Of a stretch of 64,000 nt of DNA, positions 55,534-63,163 are shown one piece after another. A program made the position numbers and the translations under genes. The stretch is from positions 7,848 to 71,847 of the IMG/VR virus record IMGVR_UViG_3300028920_002953; one strand, given 5' to 3'. How positions within the stretch are numbered: the stretch's first letter is position 1; the number at the start of each line of letters is the position of its first letter. Source of the DNA: a virus. The notes beneath the pieces are model-generated. The model was given only the letters and a program-made list of their open reading frames with translations. It made no database searches and was not told the DNA's origin.

Positions 55534-56180
55534 ATGCGTTTGTAATTCCTTGGGAGTAGTTTGTTGTTGTGCTGTATTATACCACTTTTTAATAAGAATT
55601 TCACATCCTGAAATGGGTCTTTATAGTCAAGTATTTGAATGAGCATATGGCTGTTCGCACTATCCAGAGCCGCCTTAGACCGTATACGGCAAATAGATTT
55701 GTACCTTGATACAAAGTTAGCTATGAATTTGTCGCCTTTTGCTTTTCGCAGTGATCCCTTGATATTGTTACGTTTCTTTAAACGTTTGATGTTCTCCCTA
55801 AACGGTGGCGTAATGAAACACATTATCAAACCTTGTGGTTTTTCACCTAATTCCATTTGAACGCCCTGTAATCTTTTGGAAAAATCAAGCCAGCGATCAT
55901 AAGAGTGCGATATAAGCAACCCCTCGAATATCACTGTGGGCCTCACCTGCAAAGCCTTGACAATAGCGGATTCAACATAACTTATTTTCTTGATTGCATC
56001 AACACCACCAAAGTTGCTACCTTCCCTGTACGGGCCGATGATAGCGCAGTCCGTTGAATAATGCCCAACTACACCTTCGGAAATGGTCAAGGGTGGTGAA
56101 AATACTTGGTACTTCATTAGCTCTCTAATGATACTGGTTTTGCCGCTTCCCGTTGTGCCACGTATGTTTATGACATTCAT
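55530..56180 (-). CDS. P-loop nucleotide kinase
   Basis: INIRGTTGSGKT Walker A; GPY..G..FGGVD; VIFEGL. Confidence 0.8.
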   Translation of the reverse strand: MNVINIRGTTGSGKTSIIRELMKYQVFSPPLTISEGVVGHYSTDCAIIGPYREGSNFGGVDAIKKISYVESAIVKALQVRPTVIFEGLLISHSYDRWLDFSKRLQGVQMELGEKPQGLIMCFITPPFRENIKRLKKRNNIKGSLRKAKGDKFIANFVSRYKSICRIRSKAALDSANSHMLIQILDYKDPFQDVKFLLKSGIIQHNNKLLPRNYKRI

Positions 56181-56440
56181 TTCAACGGATCACCTTTCAT
56201 TACATGAAACTGCATTTTTTCATATGCAGGAATGCTTTGACGTTCACCAGTAAGACAGGTAAGGCAAAGCTCACTGTCCTGTACGGCAACGAAACGCTTT
56301 GCCATTGCCTTGTTACGTTCAACCTCCCTCTTGGTTTTGCCCTCGAAGCAGTACAGATATAGCTTCCCGCATTCCTTGCATTTGCCCGTAGCAGATAAAC
56401 GCTTAACCTTAACTCGTCTTTTGATCTTTCGTTTGGGCAT
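56177..56440 (-). CDS. zinc-finger hypothetical protein
   Basis: CKECG...CLTC; ATG 56440 after GAGGG. Confidence 0.6.
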   Translation of the reverse strand: MPKRKIKRRVKVKRLSATGKCKECGKLYLYCFEGKTKREVERNKAMAKRFVAVQDSELCLTCLTGERQSIPAYEKMQFHVMKGDPLK

Positions 56441-57224
56441 TGTTTCCCTCATATGTAAAACGAATATAGTTAGGCCCAAGTCTTGTTAAAACAGACTTTA
56501 ATGGTTGGTCTAACAAGTCCTGCGATATGGCCCCTCCAGCTTCTTCCATTGCCATGCATAATGAATGATACATTTCAATTGCGCCATCCATTGCAATTTG
56601 CTCTGTGAATACGTGATTGTTTTTACTTTTCAACTTATATTCCTTTTTAGCTTTAGCTTTTGCTTTTGCTTTTGATGTACGTCTTTTAATTGTGCGTGTA
56701 ACACAATTATCCGAATAGGTTACCTTGAATCCATAGTGTTGACGAACATACTTAACATGGTATGGTTCCGGTTCAACCGACAAAGGTTTAACCAACGAGA
56801 ACGCTTCAAAACGTGGCGTTGTTACTGTCCGCCATCTTTCGCCTTCCTTCTTTTGATTGGTATCCCACCCACGTTTTTTGAAATAGTCTATGGTGTGTTG
56901 GATGTCGTGTATGGTTCCAAATGCAAATGAACCGTTACCGTCTGTGCCAATGGGATATAGAAAGTCAATGTGCATTGTATGAAGACACGTTTTAACGGTG
57001 TTCTCATTGAAACGACGGTGGAAAGTGCCGCTTGATAAACATCTGTCTGCAATTTCTTTATGTGTTAAGGGTTGATTCCTTCCAACTTTTAAACAGTTGA
57101 AAATGGTCACCAAATCACGTTCATCCACACCACATCGTATTGATCTTAGTTTGTCTAAACCGTTTTTTCTTCGTCTGTACCATTCCTTTTCTTCCTCTGT
57201 TAATTTACGTGTTGGTCCACCCAT
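56409..57224 (-). CDS. winged-helix-like DNA-binding protein
   Basis: PLTHKEIA...ENTVKTCL...YPIGT.GNG pattern; AGGAGG RBS. Confidence 0.55.
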   Translation of the reverse strand: MGGPTRKLTEEEKEWYRRRKNGLDKLRSIRCGVDERDLVTIFNCLKVGRNQPLTHKEIADRCLSSGTFHRRFNENTVKTCLHTMHIDFLYPIGTDGNGSFAFGTIHDIQHTIDYFKKRGWDTNQKKEGERWRTVTTPRFEAFSLVKPLSVEPEPYHVKYVRQHYGFKVTYSDNCVTRTIKRRTSKAKAKAKAKKEYKLKSKNNHVFTEQIAMDGAIEMYHSLCMAMEEAGGAISQDLLDQPLKSVLTRLGPNYIRFTYEGNNAQTKDQKTS

Positions 57225-57235
57225 TATACCCTCCT

Positions 57236-58657
57236 TTACCTATCCATATTGATACCTTCATTCTTCCATCGAGCTTCATACTCAGATGGTTTATATGAAT
57301 AGACAAGATCATTGTTTTCATCCTTACGAATGGGAAGTATCTTGCCATGAAAATAGTTGCGCGGATTTGCAGGGGAGCGCAAGTTATTCCACGTATTGCG
57401 AGCATGACGAAAGTAATGCGCATCGTGACGCTCAGATGAACACATATCAGAAACGCATATATGATCTTGCCCAAAGACCACCGAATCAAGGTATGTGTCC
57501 TCTTGGTTATCAAACACATCAGAAAACTTCAATTGCACAATGCGACCTTTAGTGTGATATTCACGTCGGCAACGTGCAAGGTGATATGTCATTTGGTTCT
57601 TTGTCCAGTTTTCCAACTCTCTGTTTTCTGGAAATTCATCCGGCATTCCGCAGCAAGAACCCGACATGTTAAGTTCTTTAAAGTCTGGATCACTGCATGC
57701 AAAAAGGATGTCGTTGTCTACACAAAACTTGTAGACTGTTTTAACGTATGGTTCCTTGACCAATCTGTTAAGTCTTAGGTATCCACCACGTTCGACTGGT
57801 GATAGGTCACGAAAGTATTTCATAACGTGCGGAGTACCAATCAATTTCCCGAGCCATTCATACCGCTTCATCAAACCCTCGTTGCTACGGGTGTCTATAG
57901 CAACGAACTCCATGCTTACCGCCTTGATTCCAGCTTCAAGACAACGGTGCAAAAGTTCTTCGATACCATCGTCTGTAATGCCGATGATGTATGGGCGCAA
58001 ACGCAGGATGGTAAAATAACCCATATCACTTAGCATCTTGATTGCTTGAATACGCTTCGTTGTGCTCGGCACACCAATTTCAACTTTCTTAGCCATTTCA
58101 TCGCTTGGCGTGACGATGCTAATCTGGAAAGCAAAGTTTTTTTGGTGGGCGTAACGGCCAAATATACGGCTGAAACGCCTTTGGAATATGCCGTTGCCTT
58201 TAAAACTGAAAAGCGTTGGGTATTGGGCTTTAGCGAGGCCCTTAATGATGTCATAACCAATGTGGTTGGCACGTTCAAAATTGCAAAAGGGGTCTGCCAT
58301 GCCTCCCCAATGCAATAGAAAACGTTTTTGAAAGAAGTGCTTGTAAAATGATCGCATACGCACGTTGGTAGGTTCTCCGTTGATAGCTTTGATGATCTCG
58401 CCAGGACGGACACTATGTAGGAGGGATGAAAAGGAGGAGTTGTTTGTTTTGAACATGTAGGCAAAACAATAAGAACACCCAAGGGAACAGTGTGAATAGT
58501 GATCAAATGTCATGGGCATGCTGCAGTCCATGTATTCACTGCTGATCCGTGGGCTAACGTAACTTTGTACCTGTGAATCCTCAGGTATGATAACGTTTCG
58601 ATTGTTTCTTACAAACTGTAGGCTTTCACGTCGTATTTCTTTTTCGATATCAGTCAT
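57236..58657 (-). CDS. radical SAM enzyme (SPL/Rv2578c-like)
   Basis: MTFD.YSHCSLGCSYCF, WGGMADPF, E.GVPS...R..AIK.L, LRLRPYI, SCCG. Confidence 0.88.
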   Translation of the reverse strand: MTDIEKEIRRESLQFVRNNRNVIIPEDSQVQSYVSPRISSEYMDCSMPMTFDHYSHCSLGCSYCFAYMFKTNNSSFSSLLHSVRPGEIIKAINGEPTNVRMRSFYKHFFQKRFLLHWGGMADPFCNFERANHIGYDIIKGLAKAQYPTLFSFKGNGIFQRRFSRIFGRYAHQKNFAFQISIVTPSDEMAKKVEIGVPSTTKRIQAIKMLSDMGYFTILRLRPYIIGITDDGIEELLHRCLEAGIKAVSMEFVAIDTRSNEGLMKRYEWLGKLIGTPHVMKYFRDLSPVERGGYLRLNRLVKEPYVKTVYKFCVDNDILFACSDPDFKELNMSGSCCGMPDEFPENRELENWTKNQMTYHLARCRREYHTKGRIVQLKFSDVFDNQEDTYLDSVVFGQDHICVSDMCSSERHDAHYFRHARNTWNNLRSPANPRNYFHGKILPIRKDENNDLVYSYKPSEYEARWKNEGINMDR

Positions 58658-59052
58658 AGTCGTAACCTCGCACCGTTCTTTGTTTTCACATAGAAACGGC
58701 TTTCTTTGTAACTAAACTCTAATCGGCCCGACTCAAGAATGCGTATCAGTTCAACAAACAGTTCTGTGTGATACGTGTTGTTCGTGTTGTATTTGTTGAT
58801 CTTTACAAACTTTGCAAACCGATCAATGAATGTTTTGTTTTTGAAAACCAACAAAAGCGAGCGTTGTTTAAAACCAGTACGACCTGTCTTTGGCCCTTGG
58901 TAGGGTGGAATAGGTTTGGGTTTTAATAACCTGTGCTCAGCTTGCCTTATCTCTCTTACACTGGTTGCTTTATCGACCAGTTTCTTAAATTGAGCAAGTA
59001 TATCTTCTTCCCTTGATACCCTACCCAAAAACTTTGTAATGTCTTTGCCCAT
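58654..59052 (-). CDS. hypothetical protein
   Basis: Coupled on both sides (TAATG, ATGA). Confidence 0.65.
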   Translation of the reverse strand: MGKDITKFLGRVSREEDILAQFKKLVDKATSVREIRQAEHRLLKPKPIPPYQGPKTGRTGFKQRSLLLVFKNKTFIDRFAKFVKINKYNTNNTYHTELFVELIRILESGRLEFSYKESRFYVKTKNGARLRL

Positions 59053-59453
59053 TATTTGCCTTTTTTAAGTCCGTAGAAACTCTCGGGTTTGACTCCCTGC
59101 CTACGAAGCAAGTCAATTATTTGATTGGTATGATATGGTGCAGTACAAAACGTCTCGGATATCTTTTGTTTGAGTTTAACCTCTTCCTTTTTCTTGCGCT
59201 TGATAAATCGTAGCTGTCCGGGGTTCTTACGTCTTGGAACCCCATGCCACAAGATATAATTCATCAGGTACTTCGGCATACCGTTTGATAAATCGTTTAC
59301 CTGTATGGCAAGCAAGAAAGTTGCTGGAAGCATGGACAACAGCTTCACTACCAAAAAGGGGCGTATAACCTCTAAGCGTTCGTACTTTGTGAACAGTGCT
59401 TTGGTTTCGTCAAATGGATTTCTATCTGATGGCATGTTTGATCCTATCTGCAA
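59052..59453 (-). CDS. clamp loader small subunit (T4 gp62-like)
   Basis: NPFD...PFLV.KLLS....A.Q.N...L...VPRRK...FIK pattern; near the RFC-like gene. Confidence 0.65.
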   Translation of the reverse strand: MQIGSNMPSDRNPFDETKALFTKYERLEVIRPFLVVKLLSMLPATFLLAIQVNDLSNGMPKYLMNYILWHGVPRRKNPGQLRFIKRKKKEEVKLKQKISETFCTAPYHTNQIIDLLRRQGVKPESFYGLKKGK

Positions 59454-59715
59454 CTGCCCTGAATTTCAACTCATCTGGCAATTCAGCATAGTTATATTGA
59501 ACACCGTCCTTAAATGCCCTTGCCTTTAAACAACAGCCGTCACCTACTGGCACCAAACCACGCTCAGCCAGTGCGCAGTGTGCAATGCCACCATCGTCGA
59601 AGCCTAACGATGGGCATAGGTTATATTTGCCTATGCGGTGTATAGTTTGTCCAATAGGACACGTTTCTGCCAAGCAACACATTCCGCACCTACAACACTT
59701 TTTTGGATATTTCAT
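59422..59715 (-). CDS. CxxCxxCC cysteine-cluster protein
   Basis: CCRCGMCCLAETC...CPSL...C...GDGCC. Confidence 0.7.
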   Translation of the reverse strand: MKYPKKCCRCGMCCLAETCPIGQTIHRIGKYNLCPSLGFDDGGIAHCALAERGLVPVGDGCCLKARAFKDGVQYNYAELPDELKFRAVADRIKHAIR

Positions 59716-59724
59716 CTTGGCCTC

Positions 59725-60678
59725 CTAAAAAGGTGTCTTGAAGTCTATCTTCACCTCCAGTAGATTCATTATCTCAATCACGCAAGCAGTGAAGTTCAAC
59801 TCTCTGTCAGTGATTGTTTTGTCTTTGTACAAATAATCAGCAATGATCAACAATGCCTCTGCCCTTTGGTCATCCTCTAAACCAATGCGGCATTCTTCGT
59901 ACTGGCCTATCAAATTAGCAAGTGTTCTAAACAGTCTTGAAAAGTCTTGTGTTTCAGCATACAGACCACGAATGGCAAACAACAAACCACCTTGGATATA
60001 GTTGATGAACAGGTTAGCATCGAACTTGTCAAGGTAATCCGTTGTGTTAAGTGTCTTCGCATCATTGGTGCTGCATGCCTGTAGGTTATTGATAATAGAA
60101 CGCACATCGGGGTAGTACCGTTCCACCACAATGCGAACGTCTTTTGGTTTGTAGGCAATTTTTTCTTTGCGGAGGATACGACGGCAATGTTTTATGATTT
60201 CAGATTCAGGAGGGGTTTCAAAGTGGAGGGTGGTGCAACGAGACTTGATTGGTTCTATCACCTTGTCGATCTCATTACACGTAAAGATAAAGCGGCAATT
60301 TTGGTGGTACTTCTCGATGGTGTTTTTCAACGCCATTTGTGCATCGGCTGTTAAACCATCAGCCTCGTCAAACAAAACGACATTAGTCTTGCCACGTATC
60401 ATCGTTTTTGAACTGGCAAACTGTTTGACTTTGGTTTTGACTGTGGCGATACCACGATCATCAGAACTGGCATTAAGCAACAAACGCCCACTGGCAAGGT
60501 TCTTTATCAAAATGTTGGCAATAGTTGTCTTACCGCTCCCTGCTGGCCCGTAGAACAGCAAATGTGGTATTTCACCACTTTCCAAATAGGAGTCTAATTG
60601 GTTGCGGGTGGCATCCTTGAGTGCAAGCGCACCTATTCGTGTAGGCCGGTACTTCTCGTACCATATCAAATCTTGCAT
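59725..60678 (-). CDS. clamp loader large subunit (RFC/T4 gp44-like AAA+)
   Basis: WYEKYRP, IPHLLFYGPAGSGKT, LNASSDDRGI, DEADGLT..AQ.AL, SRC. Confidence 0.93.
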   Translation of the reverse strand: MQDLIWYEKYRPTRIGALALKDATRNQLDSYLESGEIPHLLFYGPAGSGKTTIANILIKNLASGRLLLNASSDDRGIATVKTKVKQFASSKTMIRGKTNVVLFDEADGLTADAQMALKNTIEKYHQNCRFIFTCNEIDKVIEPIKSRCTTLHFETPPESEIIKHCRRILRKEKIAYKPKDVRIVVERYYPDVRSIINNLQACSTNDAKTLNTTDYLDKFDANLFINYIQGGLLFAIRGLYAETQDFSRLFRTLANLIGQYEECRIGLEDDQRAEALLIIADYLYKDKTITDRELNFTACVIEIMNLLEVKIDFKTPF

Positions 60679-60690
60679 AATACCCTCTTG

Positions 60691-61053
60691 TTAAAAGTTT
60701 TGTGGGTGTTCAGCCGTTTCCTTGTAGTACCTGACCAAATAAGCTGGAACAGAGTTATTATTGAACCCTTGTTCAAATCCCATATGTTCCATGGTAGCCT
60801 CAAATTTTTCTCTTACGGTCAGTGATTCTGCCAGATGGTCTTCTGCATAAGTACCATCGATACCGTGTACATGTGCCATAACATGCAAAAGTATTGGCAC
60901 CACAGCATCCTCTCCAATTACTTCTTCGATGGCATCTATAAACAACATGCCATGTGTTGCGACTTCACTACGAGCTTGATCCTTGGCCTTTTGGAGAATA
61001 TTTTTTTCTATGAATCGGCTAATGTCATCCTGTATAAAGCGAAACCCTATCAT
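60691..61053 (-). CDS. hypothetical protein
   Basis: ATG 61053 after GAGGAGG. Confidence 0.6.
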   Translation of the reverse strand: MIGFRFIQDDISRFIEKNILQKAKDQARSEVATHGMLFIDAIEEVIGEDAVVPILLHVMAHVHGIDGTYAEDHLAESLTVREKFEATMEHMGFEQGFNNNSVPAYLVRYYKETAEHPQNF

Positions 61054-61054
61054 T

Positions 61055-61813
61055 TTATTCCTCCTCAAGTTCCTCAGACGGTGAAACTGCCCACATGCCC
61101 AATACAGAAGTGATAACAATTGGTGCATCTTCATCGCCAAAGTTAATGGTGGTAGGTTCCTCATCGTCGAATTCGATAGCTGAAAAGATACGGGCAAGAT
61201 ATTCCCCATTGACTTTCAACTGAAAAACATCATCGGAGGGTTCCTCAAGTTCTAATGACAACTTGAATTGATGCTCTGATTTAGGGCCGAGATCAAACCA
61301 AACATCATCACCATCGACACGGATAGTAACAATCTTGGTTTTCAAGGTTGCCATATAAGAACCGAAGTCTTTTACAAAACGTTCATCAAGCTCGGCTGTA
61401 TGTTCGATGGCATCTAAGAACTTTGCCTTGATATCCTCATCGTTGTCATCCATGCGCAAGCGGGTGGCAATAAGCTGTGGTTGACTTAACAAATAGTCGA
61501 GGCGTCGGCGAGCATCTTTACGGGCAAGTACCAAACGGTTCTCAGTTGTTTTGACATTAAGTTTGCTATCTTGCATCGTAGACAAAAACTTAATGATCAT
61601 ATCAAGATTGCCAAGGCCATATTCACCTTTAAACCTACGGGAGCCTATGTTCCCTTTTGCTATGAACACAACGGTATTGGTGATATCTATAGCCTCAATC
61701 AATCCTTTCCCCTTGTTGACGGTAAGCACACACTCATTGATAATGCCTCCCAAGTGTGTCTGTTTCAAAAGTGATAGCAAGTTGCTTGTACGAACATAAT
61801 CTTTCTCTGCCAT
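61055..61813 (-). CDS. DNA sliding clamp (PCNA/gp45-type, 252 aa)
   Basis: Two-domain clamp-like alpha/beta periodicity (INECVL...IEAID.TN...; VNGEYLARIF...APIVI); near the clamp loader; GGAGG RBS. Confidence 0.7.
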   Translation of the reverse strand: MAEKDYVRTSNLLSLLKQTHLGGIINECVLTVNKGKGLIEAIDITNTVVFIAKGNIGSRRFKGEYGLGNLDMIIKFLSTMQDSKLNVKTTENRLVLARKDARRRLDYLLSQPQLIATRLRMDDNDEDIKAKFLDAIEHTAELDERFVKDFGSYMATLKTKIVTIRVDGDDVWFDLGPKSEHQFKLSLELEEPSDDVFQLKVNGEYLARIFSAIEFDDEEPTTINFGDEDAPIVITSVLGMWAVSPSEELEEE

Positions 61814-61825
61814 TGTGGGCCTCCG

Positions 61826-61868
61826 TTTAAAGTAAAAGGCCACCGGCCCTTGGGAGAACCGGTGGCCT
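61826..61868 (-). terminator. intrinsic terminator after the acidic protein gene
   Basis: Perfect 10-bp stem aggccaccgg/ccggtggcct (61837-61846/61859-61868) followed by a U-rich tail (UUUACUUU) on the minus strand. Confidence 0.85.
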
Positions 61869-61898
61869 CAGATAAACTACATGCAGATAACTAAGTGG

Positions 61899-62909
61899 TT
61901 AGTCTTCCTCAACCACAAATACTGCATCACCCTCAGCACCGCTGGATGCATGGCGCTGTACGATGTTAGCACACTTGGCAACCTTACGGGCAATGGTGCG
62001 CTGTACAAAACCGTAGTAGGACAGGGGTTCTTTCACATTACCCTTGGCCTTGGCAACCATTGTAGCCAGAGACTTCATGGTGGCACCATCTTCCTCACCC
62101 TCGGCCACTGCCATATACAATTCAGCCGGGAGGGTGTTCTTGCGGAGACCCTTGGGAAGTTCCACATCGGGTTCTTTCTTGGTGGTCTTTTTGGTGCTGC
62201 CACGACGTGTGGTTTTCTTGGTAGATTTGCCAGTGTCTTTCTCTGCCGCACCCATCTTTTTGGCAACGATGCGTTTCAGACGTTTCAGCGGAAACCCTTC
62301 CTGACGTTCGGTCAGTTTGATGTCGTTCTCATCGCAGTATTCAAGGATTTCGTCAACGTCATCACAGGCTTCGAGATCAAACTCATCGCCTTCATCATCA
62401 TCCTCGTCATCGGCGCCGCCACCTTCTTCAACAAACTCAAGGATGGCGTCAACCACATCATCGAGATTCTTACGGGTCGGAGTAATGTCGATGTCAACGT
62501 CATTGTCCTTGATGTACTTTTTGATCTGGCGCAGATTCATATCGGCCAGTTCTTCTTCAAGGGAATCGAGGTCAACGTCACCGTCTTCCTCATCATCTTC
62601 ATCTTCATCATCTTCTTCGTCGTCTTCGTCCTCATCTTTCGCCGCTGCCTTTTTACGACCACGCTTTGTAGTTTTCTTTTCTTCCTGCTCCTCTTCGTCG
62701 CCGTCCTCATCGATCAGACCTTCATAGTAATCGATGATCGAATCAGGGACGTCGTCGATCTTGCCAGCGTCATCGATGTCCTCAATGGCAGAAATGAAAT
62801 CCTCCATGAGGTCCTCAACATCGCCCGTTACCGCAACCTTGTCGGTAAGCTTTTTTCTGTTGAGGGCTTTGATGTTCTTGACGAGTGCTGCCTTTGTTAC
62901 TTTTGCCAT
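61899..62909 (-). CDS. highly acidic multi-module protein
   Basis: ATG 62909 after AAAAGGAG; Asp/Glu tracts, basic patches and small helical modules. Confidence 0.8.
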   Translation of the reverse strand: MAKVTKAALVKNIKALNRKKLTDKVAVTGDVEDLMEDFISAIEDIDDAGKIDDVPDSIIDYYEGLIDEDGDEEEQEEKKTTKRGRKKAAAKDEDEDDEEDDEDEDDEEDGDVDLDSLEEELADMNLRQIKKYIKDNDVDIDITPTRKNLDDVVDAILEFVEEGGGADDEDDDEGDEFDLEACDDVDEILEYCDENDIKLTERQEGFPLKRLKRIVAKKMGAAEKDTGKSTKKTTRRGSTKKTTKKEPDVELPKGLRKNTLPAELYMAVAEGEEDGATMKSLATMVAKAKGNVKEPLSYYGFVQRTIARKVAKCANIVQRHASSGAEGDAVFVVEED

Positions 62910-62934
62910 AACCTTTTCTCCTTTTAAAGAGGTT

Positions 62935-62957
62935 AATAAAATGCCCACCATTGGGCA
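62935..62957 (-). terminator. putative intrinsic terminator closing the upstream RNA
   Basis: UGCCCA-AUGG-UGGGCA hairpin followed by UUUUAUU. Confidence 0.55.
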
Positions 62958-63130
62958 ACATTCCATAAGGAACTAATTGGTAGGTCGGGGCATGATGGCA
63001 ATCACACACTTAATAAAAGGAGGCAGTTGGTGTGCATGTAGCAAGCCGATTAGCTACGCAGGGGAGGCACCCCCTAACCAACTACAGATTATAAGTTACC
63101 CCGACCTACCAATTAGTCCCTTATGGGAAC
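62935..63130 (-). ncRNA. putative ~195-nt structured non-coding RNA of unknown family
   Basis: 28-bp closing helix (63099-63126/62963-62990), 9-bp inner helix and branched hairpins; non-Watson-Crick positions in the main stems are G-U only on the minus strand. Confidence 0.7.
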
Positions 63131-63136
63131 TGGTGT

Positions 63137-63147
63137 ATTATAGCACA
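63137..63147 (-). promoter_or_regulatory. sigma70-type extended -10 promoter
   Basis: TGTGCTATAAT on the minus strand; predicted start about 63130, at the foot of the RNA helix; no consensus -35. Confidence 0.7.
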
Positions 63148-63163
63148 TTAGATTCATTTTTTA

